Source of the DNA: Balanoglossus misakiensis
Lineage: Eukaryota > Animalia > Hemichordata
DNA length: 64,000 nt
NCBI GenBank assembly: GCA_040954595.2
Contig: CM082595.2
Location: 5,048,137-5,112,136, forward strand
Direction: 5' to 3'
A program made the position numbers and the translations under genes. The notes beneath the pieces were generated by a model, which made no database searches, had not been told where the DNA came from, and was given only the letters and a program-made list of their open reading frames with translations. Shown here one piece after another: positions 1-13,827 of the stretch. Within the stretch, counting starts at the first letter, position 1. Every line of letters begins with the position of its first letter.

Positions 1-1582
1 CAGCGCGACCGTGCTCAACACGACTGGATCAATCCACGTCGGTGAAGTGGAGGTATAAAATACTAGTACACTGACATGACAATGTTAAAACATGTGCTAT
101 CTCCCCGAATTTATTCGCAATAACCATAACCAGTATGTTGGATTATGTTTTTATTTTTCTCTTCCATTTCACCTCATCGAATTTCCTCTGTGTTTATCTA
201 GCTGCCCCTATATTTGGCTGCTATGACGTCGATCGTCGAGATACTACATCTCTGTGAATTTTAAATTTCATAATCACCGCAAACGGGTTAATGTGCCGCA
301 TAGCGAGACTAGACGCAAAAACGTTTATGCTTAGCTGGGTTAGCGCGTCAGAGCACGCTGACGCAACTGTCGACCACAAAGAATTTTACAAATATTAACA
401 AGACAATTTCAAAGAAAGTCAAATAGTCTGTGAGATTTGAGTTGTTTATTTATTTGTTTGTGACAGTCTTGTCTCGCTCCAAACGAAAGAAAACTTAAGT
501 TGATAGGTAGAATATGAAGGAAAGGCGTTCATGATCGGTTTCCGAGCCGCAAGACCGGTTAAAATTCCACCATAGACCATCAATCGCGCACGGTTCGTTC
601 GATCAACGCTTCCATCTTCATTGATGACACACATGCGGGCGAGCCACGGACATTAACCGACGCAACGAATAAAACATTTGACGACAGTAATTAAAAGTAT
701 TCGTGACCTATCCAACGCCTAGAGGGTGAGCTCCGCTTTAATAGTTGGAAGAAGACGAAATAAATTTCTGAAATAAATATTGCGGGTCAAAATTAAATAT
801 TGCAAAATGCAGATGGGAATATGGCAACGTAGATTCGTTATAAGAAGTCTGGAATACCAAGTAATATACATAGAAGCGAATGGATACCGGGCCTTTTTCT
901 AAACACGTGTAGAATAGTAATTATCACCATTCATTCGCAGACAGGCGGGATAGTCTAGATGTTCATAGAGCAACAAACGATTCTCAATTCTGCGTCTAAA
1001 CATTTGCATGATAAGAAAACAAGGACGCCTTGGTAGACATCAACGTGTATTCAAATGTTTAGAATTTCAAGCAAGCAAAATCAGCATGCGACACCCACAG
1101 CATAGAGGCGTCGACGGCAAAATCCCCCAGCTGCCGAATTGAAGTCGCGCGGTTGCAAGTTTTAACAATGACGTCATTCTCATCGGGTGTGACGACACAT
1201 ACTATTATAAAAACGGTCTAAAGGATTCTGTTGAAGCTTTCACTGTCCCAGCCCTTTCTTCCAGACGTACACGGCGTGCTTTAGGCCTTTTTTCAACTCG
1301 TCCATCGTTGTCCCCTGTTTCTTGCGATGCGTTTGCCGATTTCCGTTCGTTTTCCCCATCTTTTATATCCGCCATCCTCACCCTGACTACATGTTGTTTT
1401 TTACTTCTGATGAATTTTCATTTCACTTTTTGGATACTTCAGGATTTCACGACCCATAAGGGCGTGTTTTGACGCACGTACATCACTTGTGTTTGACGTT
1501 TTCGTTATAGTTAACATGGAAAGTCCTTCTTTATTGTCGTAAATACTAGAAATATTGTCTGTACACACAGATAACCAGGTAA

Positions 1583-1806
<224 letters not shown>

Positions 1807-4800
1807 CTCAACTACTAACTCCGAGTCCAAGATCAGACGCAACTTCCCAAGGTCATCATGAGTATTATCAAACCGACGATATCCATTTACCCATGACTTT
1901 GACCTCATAGTTTAAACCCAGGATCGAGTTTCGCCAGAGGTTCGCCAAGGACAGGTTGTAACTGTATCTCGGCTGTACACCTTCTATGAAGCACGTGAAA
2001 AAACAAAAGAGGCCAAAAGCAACATTGTATTGGACTTCGACTTGAGCGCTTGTATATACGTAGTCATAAACACTCTCTGCCCTGGCAGTGTGTGCGCATG
2101 CATGCACGTGGGTACATTGTGGAGCGTATACTGTACATAGTAATGCGAGTCCCGCGGGTGTAATTCAACTGCCCCCTCTGTATATACCTTTCCTATAAAT
2201 TTATGCAGAACACCCAATATTGTGATATTTCATGTAAATATATGCAGGGACTGATTTACTTTCGACTTGCAGTTCTAAATACAAGATAGTTTTTCACCTT
2301 TTGCCTAGTAGAAGTAGGCCTACCACGTGATTATGCCTGACTATGCCAGACCGCTGTCCCGATAGGGACGTTTCCTGTCCCGAAAGACAAAAGAAAACCC
2401 GATCATCCCCACTTCCTGTTTTATTTCTCAAAACACAAAGAATTCTTTTTATGGAGCTTGTCAAGGCAGCTGGTTCACGGTCGAGAAGTGTCTCTACTTG
2501 TTTATTCCATCAAAGAGGGTCAGTTGTCGTTGCGAGGTAGCGGAATTGTTACGACACTTAATTCATGAAGTATCTTATGTGCTTTTGTCAGTTGTCTCTG
2601 TGTTGATGAGCCAACGATGTCGTCATTTGTGCGATCGTCGTGCAGGAAAGTTGCTGACAGACGAGATGTTCTGTCCATCCACGAAGCGAGACTTTCTTGC
2701 CCGCTACCGACGCGACAGTCAGAGAGTCGTGATGGGGAACTCGGTCGCGGTAATTAAACCACATCTGCCCCTTGCCTCACTTTCGATGCCTCAGGTCACG
2801 TGCTAAATCACGACGCGTAACCACCACCATTGGCTCCAAGATCTAAACGAAAACCCTCCTCCACGTTCTGTTGAAATTTTCAAATGTGTATTAAAAAAAG
2901 CGGAGAGGATTTATACACATTCACACCTGTATCTATACAACATCAGCGTCGTTTATATATCCCAGGTTTTTCGCCTATCGTTATTTACTTTTTACACGAT
3001 TTGTCATCCGCCCTACCCGCCCACAATTTGTCGCTCACAGATGACAAATGATTCTTTCTTGTTCTTGGGGCGGGTGCGTTATTGTGTACGCCAAGACACA
3101 GAAATAAATCGACGCTGTTTATGCGCAGGCATCGTCATCTTTTCTGGTTGAGCGGAGCGGGGATCCATTTTCTACACGCAGAGTGTAAGCGTCACTTTGC
3201 GTCCAGCGTCGTTTTGTTTGCGCACGTCGAAGACGATCCTTGAACGAATCCCAACAAAAACTCGCATTCTCTTTTCACATTTGTCTGTTTCTTCTCCCCG
3301 AATCAGCATTTTAGATGACTTTATTTCTCAAACCGGGGACTGTTCTCTCGACTGCAAATAAAGAATGAAAGCACAGAGCGGAAAGATCCGTCTTTTCGAA
3401 TCAAGCGTTGCTGTCCTCTCACTTGGATACGCGACGTTGAAAGACGCCGCGGCGGTGAGAATTTGGTCCTATCAGCGCCATTTCTGTGGGTCCTGGCGCG
3501 AGGGTCAATAAGACAGTTCATCGCATGGTCGGATTACCCAGAGAGAAGACACAGGGGCTATTCAAAGGGCGTCTCGGGGATTAAAAACAAGAAGAAAACA
3601 GACAAGGATCCGGTTGTGGGAAATGGGAAGAGACGCTGGACAATAGATAGTGCGATGATAAGGCTGTGGTTTCGGCCCCATGCACTGTTCAACCGTGAAA
3701 AATAATCTGTCGCTATTTTTCCCCTCTCAAAAGACGGGCAATTGTGGCGTTTGAAACGAGCCAAGCAATGCAACAGATAATTCAGACAGGCGTTTAAATT
3801 AAACAGAGGTATGCGTGTCTTTAATAGACGTGTCCGGTTGGTTTCATAGCGTGAGAAGCCGCTGCGTTCGAGGACAAAATGCTCAGAATGCGCGCAGTTC
3901 AAAATCTGCGCCATCGATGATCGCGACCACCGACTAAACAACCCCAGCACGGCAGCAGGATTAATCCGTTTATTTGTAAGATTTGCACAATCCCCAGGTT
4001 ACGTTTATTCCCTTTTGAATCGGAAAACGGGAGCTGGTGTCATAAAAATCGCGTTTTTTATCAAGTCAAATTATCTCTACCAAGATTGTACTATTTGTGT
4101 AGCTTTTATAATTATGAAAACCGAAACTAACGTAGACAAGACGCATATTTTCTTTGGAAACGAGTTCCGTATTTTTAGTCACTCAAACGCATATTCTTTG
4201 CAAATACATAGGCCTATGTCTTATAAAGATTTACAACCAAAATAGAAAACGACAGCTCTACTCTTGGGATATAGGCAACCACATCCAAGTCAAGTTTCCT
4301 CTAATCCTCCCCTTGATCACATGACAGGGAATTGACTGAACGACGTTTCTGTTTTTATGTTAACAATAATTGGGGTTTATCCCAATCAGGGCGATTGGAG
4401 AGGGCGTATGAACCGCGTCCTAATGGAGAAAATCTTTCCAGGCGCCATCTTGATATGAATCAGTCGTTGGGGCGACGCGAGTAACAGGTGGCTTGCAGTA
4501 TATTTTACAGCGAGATAATCACACATATGGAAGTTCTAAACTATCAACACGCAGAACCTGTTACGCGACGATATTTTAAAAAGGAACGACTTCTGACAAC
4601 TGGGGCTTCGGTTTTCGATATGTAGGCGCGTTAACGTGATTTATTGACGTGGCTTGCGCCTCCCATTAGCAGAACAACTCCTTCGGTCTAAATATGACTG
4701 GTTATTTGATTCTGTTCGCGTGTTTGGTGACAGTGCGTTGGAATTCAGAGATATTCCAAGTTGTGTAGGCCTACATGGCTTGGACCAATCGGAATGACTG

Positions 4801-5929
4801 ACTGTCTAACTAAAGGGAGGCGTAAAGCAGGCAAGGGCCTAGACGTACGAATTCATCTGCATCTAGAGATTTTGTATCCTCCTAAACTCTGTCGCCGCAC
4901 GGACTGGACTATTCATTACAAATACATCGAATTAAAGACCATCGCTGTATACAGTAGCGAGCATTAACGTGTTGATAAACCGGCCGAATTACTCAATGAA
5001 CAAACGCTTGGTCCTTGCATTAAAACCACAGCTTCAACGCGTAATACTATTGATTCAGAAGTCAAATATATGTTGGCGTTTGGCTCATTTTGATAACAAG
5101 CTATATGTTGCTCTTTACCTTTTATGAAGGCTTGTAAATTAAACAAAAGAACAACAAAAAAGTGTATGTTGTCCATTTCACAGTTGACAGATAGGCTAAC
5201 CATTACACAGTGTAATATTTTCAGTGGTGTTTCCATCAAAACTGTCTTTCGTTTTATAGCGATCGCCACGAAATCATCCGGACATCCTGACCGTGTTGTC
5301 GCCATGGGAACGAATTTGGAGAGGGTCTCTCAGATAAAAACAAACGCGAAAATTGAGTTCGCCATCTAGTGTCGTGTTGCTTCGACTGTCGGCAACAAAG
5401 AAAAGTACACACGAGTGATAGATGATAACCGGAAAACACCTGTCGGTTTCTTTCTGGGTACAGCGTCAGCGCGCACGCGCAACTCCCAGTGTCCCATCTC
5501 TGTTTACCTATCACAGAAATGGTTGCATTACACACGACGCACTTCACAAAGACTCTTTGCCAATAAATTTCATTTTATTATCCTCCGTCCTTTGCACAGA
5601 TAAATTTATTACCGGTTTATTGCATTGTCAAATGCAAACTGCGCTGCTATCATCGGGTATTTAAGTACGGGCATTATCATTCGCTACATGGCGAGTCAGT
5701 TTACACAGTACAGTTTTTTCGTGTGTGTTGTTCACCGTTTTGGGTGAGTCCTGCTTGAAGCCAGTGATAGTTTTGGCGCGCAGACTTCCGACTGCGATCT
5801 GGGCGATGAAACTTGAGATGGTCGTGGGAAATATCATATTGGGTACCATCATAGCTGATTGAATTGTCAATTTCCACCCATATTAGATAACACGGTTAAT
5901 AAACGAGTAATCGGTTGGATTTAGAAATT

Positions 5930-6106
5930 CCTCGGGGGGAGGGGGGATGAGGGGGGGGGGGTCTGATCACGAATGATTTGACAGTGTCATCATCATCCCA
6001 CCCCAAAACGAAATCAAATAGTTGAAGTGCGCATGCGTGCAGGTAGCTTTTGCCATGTTGACAAGACAAGTGTGCGTTGTTGCAAGTGAAGTGCGGTGCG
6101 GTTACA
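5930..6106 (+). promoter_or_regulatory. Putative proximal promoter / 5' UTR of Prdm3/16
   Basis: Lies directly upstream of the ATG. Contains G-tracts (5934-5961), an NRF1-like TGCGCATGCG (6028-6037) and a YY1-like GCCATGTT (6052-6059), in CpG-rich surroundings. The TSS cannot be determined from sequence. Confidence 0.55.
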
Positions 6107-6143
6107 ATGCGGTCCAAGGGGAAAGCACGAAAACTCGCCAAAA
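6107..6143 (+). CDS. PRDM16: Prdm3/16 (MECOM/PRDM16-like) coding exon 1, MRSKGKARKLAK + 1 nt
   Basis: Sequence reads ATG CGG TCC AAG GGG AAA GCA CGA AAA CTC GCC AAA A|GTAAGT, with a perfect donor. The peptide matches the vertebrate MDS1-EVI1 (MRSKGRARKLA) and PRDM16 (MRSKARARKLAK) N-termini. As I recall, the vertebrate first coding exon is also 37 nt and phase 1. The phase fits exon 2. Confidence 0.93.
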
Positions 6144-9100
6144 GTAAGTCCGATTTCTTATCACCATCGTCCGGGGCTCGGTTCACCGTGGTCCGGTCTC
6201 CCCCACTCGGGGGGGATGAGCGATTCCCGCGCGGACGATAAGAGGGGGGAGGGAATCTCATTTCGGAAGAGACCGCCGATCGTCGTCCACCACGGTAGAG
6301 CCCCACAACTCGTATCATTTTAGAGAAATCATTTATGTATTCAATGTGTACCGAAGTCACTGTGCGGTGGCCGCTCTAAATTTTTCCACCCTTACGTATC
6401 ACTTTGCCCACTTCCTGCTTCACGTCAGCTGCCTGCTTATCGAGTACTAACAATTCCCTCATCAAAATTCAACAGGCGCAGGCCACTTTTTTTTATATCG
6501 ACTTTCGGAAGTTCGTTGGTGAGGTCAACTTAGGATCTTCAAAAACCCCAGACAGCTAGCCACCGGTGACTTTGTTCATCAGTTTCACGTCCAATAGTCA
6601 TTACCATTTGAAAAGGCGGACAATTCGCCAACCGAAAGGGCTTATTATATCAGTGCTAATTGAGTGTTTTTGAAAGTGGGGTTCTTTGTTGACGGGGTTT
6701 CCCGACCACCGTTAATGCCACTGATAATTTTTGATGTATTTTTTATGTGATGTATTTGCGCGAAATCCGCGATGGCCGCCCCCGTCGATCTTGATCTCGG
6801 GTCCCAGTGAAAACAACCGTTCGGCTGAGGTGAGCGTCGCTGGACGCTTCTGCAATTTGATACTTTGTAACGAGTCGTCCAATTCTCACACTATGTCCAT
6901 TTCATTTCTCCCACGTTGTGTTCATTTCACATGGCCGTGTATAGAAAAACCAAAACGCGATATTTCGGTGACTGTTTCGGCTGTTTTGATGAACGGTAAA
7001 AGGCGGCGGATCTAATAAAAACTTTAGAAGACACTTACGCTGTTTTTCGCGTGGCTATCTAAACACCACCTTTTTTTCTGCAGACGACGGCTCATTTTTC
7101 TTGGCGCGTCCATTGTCTGGACAATGGCATCTTGGGTCGCGGGGAAAAACTCTAAACTAACACGGCATCCCGTTGGATGCTCTGCAAGAATGGACTGCAG
7201 CCATGTTATGGCTTCACTGGAGCATATTTTTAATGGATCAAATTTTTGGATAATGGAGTATCGTCATCGCGGAAGCGAAATAGGGTGTGTGAAACACTCT
7301 CGACAGATAGGGCTCAAAGTCCACACATCCCCGCGCGTAAAACGACGCTAGCGCTCGGCGCGCTGTGGTGGTGGGCCAGACGCGCTCTCTCTCCTCACAA
7401 AGACCGGCCCTACATTTCATTCTGAATTAAAAGAACATCGGAGATCATCGATTCCTTTGTGGCCGAGATCCTCCCTCACGACTATCAAACCACGGCCGGT
7501 GAATGTTGGAAGTTGTAGCCGATGATTACCATTCAAAAAGAGGGTTTTGTGCCTCTCTGTTATGCGGAGAAAACTGCTTCACGCGCCGCTGGTTAAGAAA
7601 CACTGCACTGGCTTTGAGTACCTTCGCCTGACACAAACCTGCTGAATGGCCCGTGCGAAAGTCTCTGCAATAAAGGTGTAACGTGAACCGGCGCTTGGAC
7701 GGTCCAGTTGCACTCCTAGCCACAAAGTACAAAACTATCAATTTCTGAGCTGTGGTATGGATAGACAGATAAACATCTGGCAGGGCAGGAAAATATGTCC
7801 ATATCAAAACTGGTTTCGTGGTGGTTTAGAACCCCAGATAGATAAGATACGATTTAATTAGACTTTGCAGAATGCCGTTATCCTCTGATAAATAAGGGAA
7901 AAAAATGAATTTGACTTTTGTTGGAATGAATAAATTGGTCTAATCTCTGCCAGTTAGATTCAAAAGTGATGTGTAAAAGTGCGAGAGAGCATGGCTTTAT
8001 TTTCCAGTGGGGGGTCGCCATGGCAACAAAGCCCACATGCAGACTTCCGAGGCAGAGGCAACAGGAAGCATAAAAAGTGCTTTTATTTCGGTAACATCCG
8101 AAGATCAGCGGACGAAATGGATGGGTTGCGTATCTGGTGTCTCCTTGCTTCAGTATCTGCGGCGTGACCTTGCAGACGCCCTTATCAGGACACAGCAGTT
8201 TTATGCCTTGTAATCTGGCACTGCAGGCAGTCTGTGTATTCCCTCTCTCTCTCTCTTGCTCTCTCTCTCTCTCTCCAGTCAGGACATTTGCTTTCATTTG
8301 GAAAGTGCCTCAATTGTCTAGTTTTACCAGATATGCTCTAGATCTATTAAGTGGGAGTGCTGTTGATTACTAGCCCTGGGTAAAGGACCGAGCAGCGACA
8401 TCTGGGTTTGTAAACAGTCGTCAATGTGGAGGGCCGGTGTCCGCAGGCCAGTCTGACAAATAGCTTTCCAATTCAACTTGGTCGTTTTTTTTAGCTACCA
8501 GGCTAAGGTAAAGTATTTTATTATGCCCTCTTGATACAGGAGACCAGATCGTAAGAGTCTCGTGGAAATCTGCTGATTACGACCACTGTTGTCCTCAAAC
8601 GGTTTCAAGAACTTGGCTGCTAATGGGGTCTCATTACAGTTTTTTATAATGACCTCACAGGCTCTGGATATCAGTTTAGAGAATGTGACATCTCTTGAGA
8701 CAAATCAGTCCATTTTATTCACCGTTTCAGAGATCTAGAAGCGTTTTCCTTGAAACTGTTTCAAGTGCAAGAATCATGTGTGAATACAGCAACAGGTTAT
8801 GAAAATAACTTAGATATTCTCATGATCTCTCCTTTCGAGGAGAAATCATTTGCTTTTTGTTTTTTAAAAAATCAGCAAAGTTTTTCAGTGATTATGGTAA
8901 TCCTAACTGTAATTTCCTGTTCATGTTTTAGCAGTGGAACCAAAAATTTGCATAATATTGGATAGTAATTTGCATAATTAGTCCATTTTTCAGTTGTGAT
9001 TGAAAACCAGGTGGCTCTTTAGAAATGTCATAATTTTTACTGAAAGTAATGGTGAGGCCAGACTTTTTGGAGCCAGGAAGACTAGATAATGAGCATTTAC

Positions 9101-9639
9101 TTATACAGGAAATGCACTTTCCATAATTTTGATATTCCCAGTGATTTCTGGGAATGAATTTATTCAAATGAGAAGAGTCAGTGGTGCTCTGTCTTAATTA
9201 ATGCCTGGCACTTGTTGATAGTTGTTTTCTGATTGGCTCATTGACAACTCTAAGTGGTGAACTAGCCAATCAGGTGGCTTGTTTATGAAAATGGTACCCC
9301 TGAAGGCTCTTCTACTTTTCCTGTAGTGCGTGACTTCTGGATAAACATCCATGGCATGTGTTTCTACACTTTTTGACCTTCTTGCTGGTTTTTTCTCACA
9401 TAAATTCTATTAATCCACTCTTCCCTTGTTTCTCTGAATGGCCCCTCATTGCTAGCGGAAACAGTGTGGTTGTACAGAATAGTGCTCAGAAAAAAAAGAT
9501 AACTTTACATTTTCAGAATTGAACTTTTTGTACTAACTCATATATCTTTAATCTTAAATATTTTATATATGAACATGACTGAATATCTTTTTTTGCATTT
9601 TTAACTTTAGTTTTTTGAAATGCAGATGTACTTGTTTAA

Positions 9640-9723
9640 CCCTTTCACCCCCAGTTCCCTTGTAGAGGTCCAACCTTACCATAGAAAACAAAGGGTTTGG
9701 ACTGAACCATGGATGTGAAAGGG
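9640..9723. mobile_element. piggyBac-like MITE, copy 1 (84 bp)
   Basis: TTAA|CCCTTTCAC...GTGAAAGGG|TTAA, with a TTAA target-site duplication and CCC/GGG termini. A near-identical copy sits at 40983-41067. Confidence 0.85.
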
Positions 9724-12700
9724 TTAAAAAGTCAGAATAACACCTGTGGCAGATAATCCAATAAATAGTTTGATTTGCATATTCATAGTTTGCATATTCA
9801 TCACATTTGCATATTCATAGATGTCTTGTGTTGCTGATCTTCTTTTAAAATTACAATGAATGCTAAAATGTTGAAAAGTAAGATTCAAACGTGAATGGGT
9901 GGTTGGTGTCATGTGATATGGCAGAACCAATAGGATTGTTTGGCTCATTTGTTGCAAAGAAAAAAGAAAGCCAGGTTGGCTAAGCTGTTGTTGTTTTGAC
10001 AAGAATAAAAAGTGTTACAGAAAAATAAATACTGTACCACCAGTTGCTAGATATTTTTTTGTTTTGTTAAATTTTGTGTACTTATTTTCAATGCTTAAAA
10101 ATGCAGTGATTCTTTCAGTTGCCTAGCACATGTTCAAATTGCTGACTTTCAAAGAATAAGACGATTCCTTCAAGCTAGTTTGGTAACATATAATTATTCC
10201 TGCCCCACGCTGCTGCAAAGAATGATGTAATTACACGCTAGTGTTATATTCAAAGGCTTGTCAGAGTTGATATACGTCAGTGATATCTGCCGGCTTTTAA
10301 TGGGCGAGGAGACGAACGTGGAGAGAGAGAGAGAGAGCCTTGTGTTCGTGCGTCTCTGTTTGCCGAGAGAACGCGTTTTTAAATTGTGACTAACAAAAGC
10401 CCCTCGCGTTTTCAGACTGAGCATATTTGGATCAATCACCGCGGTGAATGGCTAGAGACACTTAGCGCTGGAAGACGACCGGGGATATGAAGTCATTTGT
10501 AGACAATGGATGGGGCTGGGACACATCACTGAGTGCTGAGTCCCTACACGGCGTATTCACTGGAGCTCCGCCGAGAATTACCGCTCAAAAAGCTTTAAGT
10601 AAAAGTAACATCAATTTAATCAGGGGTTGTCTCTCAGGAGTTTCCCCCCCCCCTTCTCTCTATTCCTGATTAAACCCCGGTTTTAAAACTATACGAGTGT
10701 GACTAAAATGTTCACATTGCCAGGCGGACGCCTGAAAAAGAAAAATGCGTCTAGGAACGTACAAATCATCGCTGCGGCATGACGTGTCATCAATTGCTGT
10801 TTCATCTTCCAGTGGTGAATGCGGTTGCTAGTCAGTGATAGAGGAATGTGCAAACAAGACCATCATGGGGGCTGACGGTTCACTTTTGTCTATTAAAAAA
10901 TCCCTCCTGTGCCACTGCCATCAGTCATTTTCCTTTTCTGTTGAACTAACACAGTTCGAAATGAAAAGCCGCGGTCACCTGTGAATAAGGAAGCAGTTAT
11001 CTGAAACTGATGAACTTTTGTAAGAGATAATTCGTCTGCCATAATTGTTGTCTGACCTCGCTTTGTGGACAGACAAAAGTGTCTTTGATTCAGTATCAAG
11101 CAGTGGGGCTTCGAATGAAAACAAAAAGAAATGGAGGAAACACTAGTCAAACAGTGTCTCTTAGCAGAAACCTGAATGTTTACATCCGCGTGAATCCCGA
11201 GGTGAATGCCGTATTGTGTTTCACTCTAATCAGAGTCGACTTTGCTCTGTAATGCTAATTAAAGTTAAAAAGGGAAGGGACAGGTGTAAAGGTCTGGCAA
11301 CACAAAGACAGACATGCTTACTGACTCAATCAGTGAAATTAGCTCTTTTCTGTTTGATTGACTTCAGGTTAAACATTGACTTAACATCTTAGAGCATCCA
11401 GAGAGCGAAGATTTGCATTTCAGTCTTTTTTCTCTCTCGTAAAGTGGGTAAGATAGCAGAGAATGGACTTGAGCATCGTATGTATCGTGGATAGGGGAGT
11501 TGTTGAATGATAGACAATGTACGTGTTTCTTGCTGTTTGATCAGTCGAACGAGCACCATCGCCACGACGATCAGTGGTGTGTGTTCGAGTCGGCCTTCCT
11601 GAGTGTCGTGTTTGTTAGGGTCAGTGACGCCGGTGACAATCGAGGGGACGTCTCGTTTATCTGCCGCTGCTTTCTCTCGCGCCGTCGCTTGAAAGGACGT
11701 CTTAGAAATCGAACACACAGATATATGCTTCAACCACGCGCAACTGGAAACTCTGTTTGCTAATATAGAGACGCACCGATTTGCCGCGAGAGAGAGAGAG
11801 AGAGAGAAAAGGGAACAAAGGATCTGTGTTATGGCAGGACACTAGTTCAGCTGTTTAAATACCCGAAGACAAACGCGCCACAAAAGCCCAGAGAAGCACC
11901 ACAAGTATTCTGCAAGCGTGAAAGGATTCTTTTAAAGAAAAGAAAGAAGATTGTTTAAATTAGCGATTTAAAAGCGTGGTCCCTCCCTGTTGTCTTTGTT
12001 GATTGTTTAATTAATTAACAATCGCGACAATCAACATCTTTAGACAGAAGAGGCTTCGATAATTACCCTAAGTACAGACTAAGGTGATAACGACCTGTTT
12101 GCCTATTCAGAGTATGCACCACAGAGAGAAGCTAGGCCTGAGACTTGAGTTATCCCCTCCTTTACATTTTGCAAGGATGTCCACACCAGTGCGGCTAATG
12201 AAAAAATATCACTCTCTGACAAGAGCATTGGACAGATTAGAAACTCTCTCTATATTCCAAAGTAAACGGAGTATTATGTGCATAATTGATTGAATTACCC
12301 CGCCGCATATGTCTTGGTCAGATTTTATTAAAATGAATGTATGGATGACATTGAGGTAATCGGGCCCCCTCATCAAACTATAGAACGGTCGTGTATTTAG
12401 CGATGGTCTGCCAGGGGGACGTACGTAGCTATCAATCATACCATAAAGAAGTTCTTCTGATTCAATTTAAAGTGCTTGTTATGCCAATAAAGCGGGGAGA
12501 GTACGCTTTATCAGGGACAGAGGGATGCTTTTTAGAACATTATCTCCGTTGAAAGCGTCACTTTACTCGGAAAGGGACGTTTCTATTGATGCCTCTCCGC
12601 GATGTTTTGTTCGTCTCCCGTCGCCGTGGAGACGGTAAATTTTGATACTTAAATCGGAATGGCTGTGCGTGCTAGCGCTGATGTGGTGCCGAATTAAAGG

Positions 12701-13480
12701 CAGAATACACAGGAAAGTCGTTGGGGGTTTCTGAAGGAGCGTGTCGCGGGAAGGAGTAGGGAAAACATCGTCGGGGATGCCATTAAATAGTTATCTCATG
12801 TTTAACCTGGGTATGTTCAACATCAGATGGGTCGGTAGATAGTGGCGCAAAGTGGGGTTGGCGTATAGAGCATCTTCCTCTACAAGGTGTGCGGTACAAG
12901 TCAACAGGAAGTCAATCGCGGAGATAAAATGGACAGACGTTAATAGCTTTGTGTGTGTGACATTTTGATGGAAGGAGAATACAAAAAAGTAGTGGCGTTC
13001 GATGATGTGTAGTCTGCTCGCCGTTGTCATCTCTCAATCACTGCTGCCTGGGATTTTCGCGCCCCAAAACGAGCCACCAATTTTGAATTATTTGAGGCAG
13101 ATTTTTTCTTTTTGTCGGGGAGGACAGGGACGGCCATTTTCCCTCAGGGCCTCGGGACAGACAGAGAGAAAAAATAGACGGCACCCCTCCTATTAGTCAA
13201 TAGAAATAGTTGATGGTTTGCTTTTGGTACGCATGAAATATCATCAGTGTTGATATTGTTCTTAGTGTAGGAGTCGGGTATTTACTATTTATAGGCTAAT
13301 GATGCAATTTCCCCCCAACCCCACCCTAAAACCACCTCCATGATACTCCGCTGTACAAGTAACTGATAGATGTGAGATCAGTGTTTCTATCAATTGAGCT
13401 TGTATCTGTGAGCTGAATGACAAAAATCGGGGATCAGACATGTATTAGTGAAGATCTCAGGGCGTTTAAGTCTCGCTTAA

Positions 13481-13827
13481 AGGGACAAAGTCTCTCTCTC
13501 GCTGCCCTTTTTCCATTAATTATGTTTGATACAAGACACTGTTTATGTTAATGTACATGTGTATATGTAGTGAATGAACGTTCAACCACAAACAACTTCC
13601 ATCCCACTTGTATGATATGAGAGTAAAAACTCGCCCAAAATGAAAAAATGGTAAAGAACGATTATTCATTTTGGCGAGTTTTTTCACTCTCCTGTCTATA
13701 AGAGGGATGGAAGTTGTGTGTGGTTGAACGTTCATTCACTATATATCCACATGTAGAATAACAAACGTTGTCTCTTATCAAATTTAATTAATGGAAAAAA
13801 GGGCAGCGAGAGAGAGACTTTGTCCCT
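13481..13827. mobile_element. Kolobok/T2-like fold-back MITE (347 bp, almost fully palindromic)
   Basis: TTAA|AGGGACAAAGTCTCTCTCTCGCTGCCC ... GGGCAGCGAGAGAGAGACTTTGTCCCT|TTAA. The inverted similarity continues to the centre. A TTAA duplication with AGG/CCT termini is typical of Kolobok/T2 MITEs. Confidence 0.88.
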
